A DNA stretch of 64,000 nucleotides from Gammaproteobacteria bacterium (GTDB lineage Bacteria; Pseudomonadota; Gammaproteobacteria; JABCZS01): contig JBIOEA010000009.1 of NCBI GenBank assembly GCA_044445605.1, positions 2,314-66,313 of the forward strand, in the 5' to 3' direction. Under the pieces are notes generated by a model that saw only the letters and a list, made by a program, of their open reading frames with translations, was not told the DNA's origin and did not search any database. A program made the translations under genes and the position numbers. Shown piece by piece: positions 48,796-56,005 of this stretch; positions within the stretch are counted from its first letter, which is position 1; each line of letters opens with the position of its first letter.

Positions 48796-49492
48796 TTGTT
48801 TTAATCTTTTCTTCAACTAATGCGGCATGAGTTTCAGCCAAACTACCATATTGCGAAAAGTGCCCAGGAAGTGCACCGCGAAATGATCGGCTTTCCTGCA
48901 TTTCAGCAAACGTTTTAATTAAATATTTTTTTAATGCTTCATCAGCCCTGGCAATCTCATCTATGATTTCCATGCGTCCATCAAGTATCGACACAATGTC
49001 CTCAAAATCATGGCTAGCGTAAAAATCCATCTTTCCACGTGTTCTGAATGCTTCAAGCTTTGTGGCAATAAAATAAGGCGCGGTCACTAATTTTATATTG
49101 ATGTCATCAGTAATAGGATATAACCAAGCATATTCAATCGCCTTCTTATACCATCGATTGCCAAATCCGAGAATCTCCTCATCTGTTGGCATGACATCTA
49201 AAATTGCATCTTCATAAAACCATCGACAAATAACTTCTTCCGTTAGCGATCTTCTAAACCCTTGTTGAGTTAATTTTTTTTCTAACTGATAATACTGGCC
49301 CAAAGAAATGACATCGACGATACAATCAACATCAAACGTATATCGAACATCAGAAACTATCGACTCTGTCATAAAGAGGGCTGTCGTGCACCCTCCTAAA
49401 AATACCACCTCATCACATAAAGCTCCTAATTTTGTGGCGACAAATTGAAGCATTTTAATATTATTAGAGCTTGCCATCTTATGATTTTTCAT
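48782..49492 (-). CDS. AbiEii/DUF1814-like nucleotidyltransferase (putative type IV TA toxin / abortive infection)
   Basis: Pol-beta NTase motif VFLGGCTTALFM...SDVRYTFDVDCIV (GG-x-AL ... R-x-T-x-D-V-D). A second motif KLEAFRTRGKMDFYASHDFEDIVSIL matches K-x2-A-x2-R...D-x-Y-D...L. It overlaps the upstream wHTH gene by 14 bp. The DNA is AT-rich. Confidence 0.5.
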   Translation of the reverse strand: MKNHKMASSNNIKMLQFVATKLGALCDEVVFLGGCTTALFMTESIVSDVRYTFDVDCIVDVISLGQYYQLEKKLTQQGFRRSLTEEVICRWFYEDAILDVMPTDEEILGFGNRWYKKAIEYAWLYPITDDINIKLVTAPYFIATKLEAFRTRGKMDFYASHDFEDIVSILDGRMEIIDEIARADEALKKYLIKTFAEMQESRSFRGALPGHFSQYGSLAETHAALVEEKIKTIIAR

Positions 49493-50027
49493 TCTTTAAT
49501 CTCTCTTTCAGCAAAGTAACTGCAATATTGCGTTCACGCGCTTTGCCGGATCGAATTGTATCAATAATGACAAGTAATTCGTAAAAAAGTTTATCTGGAG
49601 TTTCTTTTAACGCTTGCGGAATTGCAGGATGAATAGGAGCTAATGCGACGCCCCTTTTTGCACCCATTGCATCTGGCCATACCGGCAGAGGATCATCTCC
49701 CAATACAATCTTGTCTTGAAATATGGGAGCGCCTACAGCAGTAGGGGTGCCCCGAGTATATTCCCCTAATTTACCTGGGAAAAAAAACTTAAGTCCACTC
49801 ACAAGGAATTCTTCCGCAGCATCTATATTAGGATAAAGCTGGCCATGCACATCTTTCCGTAATAAACCGGAAATCCCCAAACGACGAATTCCTGCATTTA
49901 CCTCAGATAAACTGATACACAAGGCTTTGGCAAGGTCACGCTGTGACCATACCTGGCCCGGATGAGCCAATAGCTTTAGTAAAATTACACAATCTTGTGG
50001 CTTAAGCATATTAATGTTCTCGAACAT
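49479..50027 (-). CDS. AbiEi-like winged-HTH transcriptional regulator (putative antitoxin)
   Basis: 182 aa. N-terminal wHTH (LKLLAHPGQVWSQRDLAKALCISLSEVNAGIRRL). It is translationally coupled to the downstream NTase. Confidence 0.4.
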   Translation of the reverse strand: MFENINMLKPQDCVILLKLLAHPGQVWSQRDLAKALCISLSEVNAGIRRLGISGLLRKDVHGQLYPNIDAAEEFLVSGLKFFFPGKLGEYTRGTPTAVGAPIFQDKIVLGDDPLPVWPDAMGAKRGVALAPIHPAIPQALKETPDKLFYELLVIIDTIRSGKARERNIAVTLLKERLKNEKS

Positions 50028-50056
50028 GTGTTTGATATCATAAGGATATCACACAT

Positions 50057-50080
50057 GTTCGCTGTTCGCAAACAGCGAAC
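50057..50080. promoter_or_regulatory. Perfect 10-bp inverted repeat GTTCGCTGTT-cgca-AACAGCGAAC upstream of the AbiEi-like gene (candidate autoregulatory operator)
   Basis: Read directly. It sits 30-53 bp upstream of the ATG at 50027, in AT-rich promoter DNA. Confidence 0.4.
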
Positions 50081-50131
50081 GGTCCTGCAATTAGCATGCC
50101 ATGAATATCTATATTTATCAAAAGGATATGA

Positions 50132-50872
50132 TTAAAATATCCCCACGATCGTCTTCGACAAACCGTCCGCTAACGCAGGGCCCGCTTGCTCCCAACCCAA
50201 ATTAACTTTGTTCGCCGTGCTGACAACGCGTGTTTGATAACGCTTCCACGCATCTTTGTCTTCACTGTTCACCGTGACCGTTGTTTGCGAACCTTGCTTC
50301 AATTGACCTTCTGAGCTTTTTGTCACCAGCGATCCATCACTCGTTTTTTCAGAAATTTGAATGTCAGTCGTGACGCCATAAGTGGTGTCCTTCACCGACG
50401 CATCTACAAGCATGCCCAATGCAGCACCCGCTAAGGCACCACCAATAATGGCATCTGTATGTCCACTAATTAACGCACCGGTGCCCGCGCCAATCGCTCC
50501 GCCGGCTAAACCACCCCCGAACCCTGACATCAGCGTTTCTTCACGCGTTTTGGGGTTCATCTCGCCAGCAGATAATACATTGGCTTGTAATAAATACTGC
50601 GCCTTTTTTGGATCACTCACCACTTGATAACCTTTCATGCGCAAGCCTGTTTTGATCGACTCTGTCAAATCCAATGCAGCAACATCGGTTGTGTTACGTA
50701 CTTGTACGTAAACTTTTTGATTTTCTTTGGACGTCGGCTCCAAGAAAATCGTGCTGCTCATTTTGTTCTCTGTCACCAAATTGCGCTTGCTGATCGCCGT
50801 CGTTGTGCCGGCACAACTGGCTAACGATAATGATATTGCGATGACGGTTAATATTTTAAAAAATTTATGCAT
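50132..50872 (-). CDS. traT: TraT complement-resistance / surface-exclusion outer-membrane lipoprotein
   Basis: Lipobox LSLASC|AG. Long collinear matches to F-plasmid Tra[22 protein letters not shown] against [42 protein letters not shown] against [21 protein letters not shown], and [14 protein letters not shown] against YQTRVVSNANKVNL. A Gly-zipper region is also present. Confidence 0.8.
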   Translation of the reverse strand: [246 protein letters not shown]

Positions 50873-50888
50873 TTTACGTACCTCTTTA

Positions 50889-51030
50889 AGAGGGCGAAAG
50901 ATGTTTCGCCCCTACAACATACAAATCCCTCCGGCCTTCGGCCACCTCCCTTTACAAAGGGAGGATGTTTTGTACCGTCGCCCCCCCTTTACAAAGGGAA
51001 GGGATTTTCCACGGGATTTTTCGCCCCCAC
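50889..51030. repeat. Cluster of small hairpin repeats (dispersed-repeat copy 2 plus CCTCCCTTT-ac-AAAGGGAGG, CCCTTTacAAAGGG, GGCCttcGGCC)
   Basis: Read directly. GGGCGAAA-gatg-TTTCGCCC-CTAC at 50892-50915 and a 9-bp-arm hairpin at 50945-50964. A related hairpin overlaps the znuA stop codon (50989-91). Confidence 0.55.
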
Positions 51031-51894
51031 ATTCGGCTCCAAACATCCGACCAAGCTATCTGCAATGTTCGTTAACAATGCTGAATAGCCTGCTGTTCCT
51101 GCTGGTTCCTGCGCCCCGAGTGGGTTTAATGTCCCAATCTTTGCACCATGATCCGCCGCCAATTGCCTCAATAAATCCGTTTGGTTTTCCGGCTCACTGA
51201 ATATACAGCGTATATGTTCCGATTTCAATAGCAGGCCCACTTCAATCCAACGGGTTGCGCTCAGTGGCACATGTGGATTGTGCGAGATACTCTCTAAACG
51301 ACGTAAACCATAACGCTTTTCAAAGTACTGGAAGGCATCATGATAATCGATATATGGCACGGACTGCACCGGCCCAAGCTTTTGTGCAAGCTGCGTATTC
51401 AACGCGGCAATCTCGGTGATAAACGCATCTGTCTGTCGTTTGTAGAGTTTTTCATGCTCAGGATCAATATCACTTAAACGCTTGCTCAACTGCTTCGCAG
51501 CTGTCATGGCATTGAGGGGGTCCAACCAAAGATGAGGATCCGTATCATGCCCACCGGCACCACGCAGTTCATAACGAATCATCGCTGGTTCATTGATTAA
51601 AATAAGCTGCTTTTTGGGGGGCACAACCTCTAATGCGTCTACAAGGTATGTTTCAAGGCCAGGCCCGATCCACATCACCACATCCGCGTTTTTAATCGCC
51701 TCATATTGGCTTGGCTTTAATGCGTAGGCATGCTCAGATGCGCCTTGAGGCACCAACAATACCGGGCTGCCAAGCTTCCCCATCACCGCTTGTGCAATAT
51801 GATAAAGCGGCATGATGCTCACAACGACTGTCGGCGCTTCGGCCCGCGCAGCCATGGCCAGAAAAAAGAGTAATACGCCCACGATCTTTTTCAT
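50989..51894 (-). CDS. znuA: Zinc ABC transporter periplasmic binding protein ZnuA (TroA superfamily)
   Basis: Signal peptide, DPHLWLDP metal-site motif and a His-rich loop remnant. The last 10-15 codons run into the hairpin repeat cluster. Confidence 0.75.
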   Translation of the reverse strand: MKKIVGVLLFFLAMAARAEAPTVVVSIMPLYHIAQAVMGKLGSPVLLVPQGASEHAYALKPSQYEAIKNADVVMWIGPGLETYLVDALEVVPPKKQLILINEPAMIRYELRGAGGHDTDPHLWLDPLNAMTAAKQLSKRLSDIDPEHEKLYKRQTDAFITEIAALNTQLAQKLGPVQSVPYIDYHDAFQYFEKRYGLRRLESISHNPHVPLSATRWIEVGLLLKSEHIRCIFSEPENQTDLLRQLAADHGAKIGTLNPLGAQEPAGTAGYSALLTNIADSLVGCLEPNVGAKNPVENPFPL

Positions 51895-51897
51895 GCG

Positions 51898-52716
51898 TTA
51901 TTGCCTTACCAAACGGGTGTTGTTCATGCGGACAGCAGAAGAAGTGCTGCGATAGGGGTTAATATCCAAGCCCCCGCGTCGAGTATAGCGCGCATAAACC
52001 GTCAATGCACTGGGCTTACATCGATGAAGGATATCCAAAAACATGCGCTCCACACAATGCTCATGGAAATCTTGTAACTGATGAAAATGGATAAAGTAAC
52101 GTAACAGCGTGGGCCGATCTATCGGCTGCCCTGTATATTGAATTTGCACACTGCCCCAATCGGGTTGCCCGGTGACAGGACAATTGGATTTCAATAAATC
52201 CGAGGTCAATGTTTCACGAACCACTTTGCCAGGAAGGGTGTGTAGTAGGGCAGGGCCATCTTCAGGTAACGGCGATACATCCAAGTGATCGAGCGACTCC
52301 CCAGGCAAAGTAGGATGGATATTCCCCTGCAAATCGGATAGGGGGGCCACAATGACGTCAACAGGTGCACCCGTGGCAGCACTAAGATCCTGACTGATTA
52401 TTTGCCGAACCGCTTCCATCGTCGGGAAACGCGATTGATTAAAACTATTTAAATAGAGCTTGAATGACTTTGACTCGATTAAAAAAGGGCTTGTGCACGC
52501 TACAACACATTCCATGATGGCGACCATGGGCTTGCCCTGCTCATTGAGCCACGAAACCTCGTAAGCATTCCATATATCAGCACCGTAAAAGGGCAGTGTG
52601 TCGCCTACATGCAACCCTAGCATTTCACGGCTTAATGTGCGAGCGATGGGCTCGAGAAGGCTAGGTGTATATGTTTGAATATAAAGGGATTTTTCGCCCA
52701 GATGTGTTAATGCCAT
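51898..52716 (-). CDS. queF: NADPH-dependent 7-cyano-7-deazaguanine reductase (type II QueF)
   Basis: ESKSFKLYLNSFNQ, LLKSNCPVTGQPDWGSVQIQY and VYARYTRRGGLDINPYR align closely to E. coli QueF. Confidence 0.85.
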   Translation of the reverse strand: MALTHLGEKSLYIQTYTPSLLEPIARTLSREMLGLHVGDTLPFYGADIWNAYEVSWLNEQGKPMVAIMECVVACTSPFLIESKSFKLYLNSFNQSRFPTMEAVRQIISQDLSAATGAPVDVIVAPLSDLQGNIHPTLPGESLDHLDVSPLPEDGPALLHTLPGKVVRETLTSDLLKSNCPVTGQPDWGSVQIQYTGQPIDRPTLLRYFIHFHQLQDFHEHCVERMFLDILHRCKPSALTVYARYTRRGGLDINPYRSTSSAVRMNNTRLVRQ

Positions 52717-52805
52717 AAACAGGTCTCTTTGTTAGAATAATGCGGTTATTATTATAGAATTCCCATCAATGGTCAAGCAGTGCTTTTTATGCCTTTTTAT
52801 TGTTA

Positions 52806-53066
52806 TTATAAACTTGTTGCGTCTTTATGTATCAGCATATTCAAATACGTTTGATAAGGCAACCCGCATTTAGAGGCCTTTATTTTAATAGCCTCCAAAT
52901 CTTGGACTGACAATCGAATAGTGATTGGCTTTTTATTTTGAACATGCTGCTTAGCGGCCTTTGTCAGGTCATCGATAAGTGCCTGTTTATTCTGAACAGA
53001 CTTTAGAGATTCAAATTGATCTTCAATGGCTTGTTCTTCTGCATTTAACTCATATTTTTTGGACAT
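52806..53066 (-). CDS. BrnA-like (COG3514) ribbon-helix-helix antitoxin-family protein, solitary
   Basis: C-terminal ITIRLSVQDLEAIKIKASKCGLPYQTYLNMLI matches the BrnA signature (R-L-S..DL..LK..A...G.PYQ). No BrnT-sized ORF is adjacent. Confidence 0.5.
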   Translation of the reverse strand: MSKKYELNAEEQAIEDQFESLKSVQNKQALIDDLTKAAKQHVQNKKPITIRLSVQDLEAIKIKASKCGLPYQTYLNMLIHKDATSL

Positions 53067-53241
53067 GGCTTACCCCCTGTTTTTTGATTGTAGTACAGCA
53101 TATGTACATTGTCAATACATTTTCAGTTTTCAATATTTGATTCTGCTATAGTAGCCTGGTTACAGTAACGCAGGTTACTATACTTATAGACGACTTGAAG
53201 AAGGCATGATAAGGTTCAACATCCCCCTTTAGGAAGAAAAA

Positions 53242-53925
53242 ATGCTGCGCCTCGACAACCTCGGGATCCAACGCGATGGCCGTTGGATATTACGCGATAT
53301 CTCGCTTCAGATTGATGCGGGCCAAATCATCACGCTCGTCGGGCCCAATGGCTGCGGCAAAACAACACTCTTGCGTGCGCTCCTAGGTCTTACGCCACTT
53401 TCAACAGGTCGTATTGAAAAAAAGCCTGGGCTACGCATCGGCTACATGCCACAAAAACTTCATATTGAACCGACCTTGCCGCTGACCGTCGCACGGTTCT
53501 TAAGTCTAGGGCCTGCATTTTCACAAGAAGTGCTCGATACCTTGCGCGTGACCTCTTTACTCGATAAATCCATGCACGTCTTATCCGGTGGCGAATTACA
53601 GCGAGTCTTACTTGCTCGCGCATTGATGAACAATCCTGAATTTTTGGTATTAGATGAACCCTTACAAGGCGTCGACGTCAATGGGCAAGCAGAATTTTAT
53701 CGTCATATTTTAGATGCACGTGCGCGGCTTAATTGCAGCATATTAATGGTGTCACATGATTTACACGTCGTGATGGCAAAAACCGATCAGGTTGTTTGTT
53801 TGAATCATCATATATGTTGTTCGGGCACGCCTGAAGCGGTCAAGCTTGACCCAGCGTTTATTCATTTATTTGGCGAAAGTGCGGCATTTTATGCGCATAA
53901 GCATGATCATCAACATGATGAATAA
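53242..53925 (+). CDS. znuC: Zinc ABC transporter ATP-binding protein ZnuC
   Basis: Walker A GPNGCGKTT, signature LSGGELQR, Walker B LVLDEP, and a C-terminal His-rich tail. Confidence 0.8.
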   Translation: MLRLDNLGIQRDGRWILRDISLQIDAGQIITLVGPNGCGKTTLLRALLGLTPLSTGRIEKKPGLRIGYMPQKLHIEPTLPLTVARFLSLGPAFSQEVLDTLRVTSLLDKSMHVLSGGELQRVLLARALMNNPEFLVLDEPLQGVDVNGQAEFYRHILDARARLNCSILMVSHDLHVVMAKTDQVVCLNHHICCSGTPEAVKLDPAFIHLFGESAAFYAHKHDHQHDE

Positions 53926-53949
53926 TTCCAACCCTGTAGGGAAAATATA

Positions 53950-54747
53950 ATGTATGATTTCCTTTTTCGCGCAACCCTAGCCGGCATCGGCATTGCATTA
54001 TTATGCGCGCCGTTAGGCTCTTTGGTTGTATGGCGTCGCCTTTCCTATTTTGGTGATACGTTATCGCACGCAGCATTACTCGGTGTGGCCTTAAGCGCTG
54101 CCTTTTCATTCGCCACCCCTTTTTATGGCATTTTATTCAGCGCGATCCTCATCAGTTTATTTCTGTTATTCATGGAACACCGCACACGCTTACCGAGCGA
54201 TACCTTGCTGGGCATTTTAGCGCATGGCTCGCTCGCGCTGGGCATTGTGGTGATTTCACTATTGCCCTCGTTTAGAACGGATTTATATGCGTATTTATTC
54301 GGTGATATTTTGGGCGTGAGCATGATGGACATCGCCCGCATTTATGCGATGGGTACCGTCGTGTTATTGATTATTGGCATGCGTTGGCGCGCATTATTGA
54401 TGAGCACGGTACATGAAGATCTGGCTGCTGTCGATGGCATTCATGTTGCGCGTGAACGCATGATCCTCACGTTATTGTTAGCCTGTGTCGTTGCGTTGTC
54501 GATCAAAATTTTGGGGGTCTTGCTGATCACGGCGATGTTAGTGATTCCGCCAGCAGCAGCCCGGCCCTTTGCATGCAACCCTGAACAAATGGTGATAGGC
54601 GCGGCGGTCACCGGAGTACTCGCAGTGATAGGCGGCCTTTTATCCTCACTATGGTTTGACTTGCCGGCTGGCCCGATGATTGTTTTAAGCAGCGTAGCCC
54701 TGTTTGTCTTGGCTCATGGCACGAAAAGTGTTATGGTACGCCCATGA
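53950..54747 (+). CDS. znuB: Zinc ABC transporter permease ZnuB
   Basis: 265 aa polytopic protein of the ABC-3 family, following znuC. Confidence 0.8.
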   Translation: MYDFLFRATLAGIGIALLCAPLGSLVVWRRLSYFGDTLSHAALLGVALSAAFSFATPFYGILFSAILISLFLLFMEHRTRLPSDTLLGILAHGSLALGIVVISLLPSFRTDLYAYLFGDILGVSMMDIARIYAMGTVVLLIIGMRWRALLMSTVHEDLAAVDGIHVARERMILTLLLACVVALSIKILGVLLITAMLVIPPAAARPFACNPEQMVIGAAVTGVLAVIGGLLSSLWFDLPAGPMIVLSSVALFVLAHGTKSVMVRP

Positions 54748-55598
54748 TGACCATTGAAACACTGATACAAACCCTTCCTCTTTTGGCAGGCGCACCTTTC
54801 GAGATCACACGCCTGGATGGGTGGTCCAACCATACCTATTTACTAAAAAGAAATAAAGAAGCGTATGTTGTTCGTATCCCCACACAAAAGAACATTCCCT
54901 GGCTCAATCGCGTGAATGAATCCAAACACATACACAGCATTAAACCATTCAACATCACACCTGAAACCGTGTATGAAGATCCTGCGACCGGGGTTGCCAT
55001 CCGTACTTATTTACCAGGCACTGTGATCAACGATGACCCAACGCGCATCACCCCGGAACAATTAATGGGCATGGCGACGGTATTAAAGCGACTCCATCAA
55101 AGCCCCTGCGAATTTGCACCGCTATCTTTATTTGGTTTTTTAAAACGTGACATGGATTATGTGAAGCAGCATTTCACGCTCGATCCACGTTATGCAGAGT
55201 TGGAAGCTTATGCACACCGTATTGCGGCAAAATGGCCGAATATTAAAACAGCGCCTTGCCACATGGATCCTAACCCACACAATTTCTTATGCGCCGAAGA
55301 TAATAAAATTTGGCTGATTGATTTTGAATTTGCAGGGCAGTGTGATCCTGCGTGGGATTTGGCATACACCATCACCTATTGCAATCTCACGAAAATGCAA
55401 GAAAACATTTTGTTAGACAGTTATGAGGCGAGCCCTGAGTTACGCGAGCGCGTGCAAGATTACAAAGCATTAACACAATGGATTCAAGCCATTTGGATCC
55501 GCCAGCAATTCACGCTCAAACATCATCCCGTCCCCGAAGATGAAATGTTGCGCTGGGAAGATAGGGCATTGGAAAGGGCGATTGGGCTGCGGGCCTAA
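54744..55598 (+). CDS. Aminoglycoside-phosphotransferase-fold kinase (APH/choline-kinase/ThiK-like)
   Basis: Brenner motif HMDPNPHNF and LIDFEFAG (DxE/D). It has a 4-bp overlap with znuB. Confidence 0.55.
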   Translation: MMTIETLIQTLPLLAGAPFEITRLDGWSNHTYLLKRNKEAYVVRIPTQKNIPWLNRVNESKHIHSIKPFNITPETVYEDPATGVAIRTYLPGTVINDDPTRITPEQLMGMATVLKRLHQSPCEFAPLSLFGFLKRDMDYVKQHFTLDPRYAELEAYAHRIAAKWPNIKTAPCHMDPNPHNFLCAEDNKIWLIDFEFAGQCDPAWDLAYTITYCNLTKMQENILLDSYEASPELRERVQDYKALTQWIQAIWIRQQFTLKHHPVPEDEMLRWEDRALERAIGLRA

Positions 55599-55612
55599 CA
55601 TTTAGCTATGCT

Positions 55613-55840
55613 TTGCCACATCAAGGAGGCCTTAAGATGATCAGCACAACCATAGAAATAGAATATGCTAAAACCCACCTATCAGAGCTCATTAAGCGTG
55701 CTCAGAATGGTGAAGAAGTCATTTTATGTGAAAGTGGAACTCCTCTCGCTATGCTTGTCCCTTATCCCGTGTCTAAAGGTCCTCGAAAACTGGGGCTCTG
55801 GGCGGGAAAAATTAAAATCGCAGATGATTTTGATGAATAA
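55613..55840 (+). CDS. Phd/YefM-family type II antitoxin (VapB-like, C-terminal GKIKIADDFDE motif), solitary
   Basis: IEIEYAKTHLSELIKRAQNGEEVILCESGTPLAMLVP is the Phd/YefM fold. The C-terminal K-I-x-I-A-D-D-F-D motif is typical of PIN-toxin partners. No toxin ORF lies downstream. Confidence 0.5.
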   Translation: MPHQGGLKMISTTIEIEYAKTHLSELIKRAQNGEEVILCESGTPLAMLVPYPVSKGPRKLGLWAGKIKIADDFDE

Positions 55841-55888
55841 TGGTAAACGTTCAGATCCCGAGATTCATAATGTACACATGCACTTTCT

Positions 55889-55915
55889 TGTAAGGGCGAA
55901 ACATCTTTCGCCCCT
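55889..55915. repeat. Dispersed hairpin repeat, copy 3 (GGGCGAAA-catc-TTTCGCCC-CTAC)
   Basis: Read directly. It occupies the position where a VapC-type toxin gene would be expected. Confidence 0.55.
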
Positions 55916-56005
55916 ACGAGAAATTGCCATTGTCTGAACGAGTACCAAACTCATCGAAGAGGGCAAAAACGTAGGAGCGCTTCTACGCTATAAAAGCATT
56001 TGAAG

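Noticed and set aside
50727-51200. Plus-strand 157-aa ORF spanning the traT-znuA gap
   Set aside because: It reads through the hairpin-repeat cluster and overlaps both the traT 5' end and the znuA 3' end in antisense. It is a repeat-generated ORF.
53067-53241. Search for a canonical Zur box (GAAATGTTATAWTATAACATTTC-like) upstream of znuC
   Set aside because: I find no convincing match by eye. Only unrelated short palindromes are present. They are reported as a finding rather than annotated as a Zur site.
55665-55937. Plus-strand 90-aa ORF overlapping the Phd-like antitoxin, considered as a possible toxin
   Set aside because: It is in a different frame overlapping most of the antitoxin. Its only non-overlapping part (MILMNNGKRSDPEIH...) has no PIN/VapC, RelE or other toxin signature and runs into the hairpin repeat.
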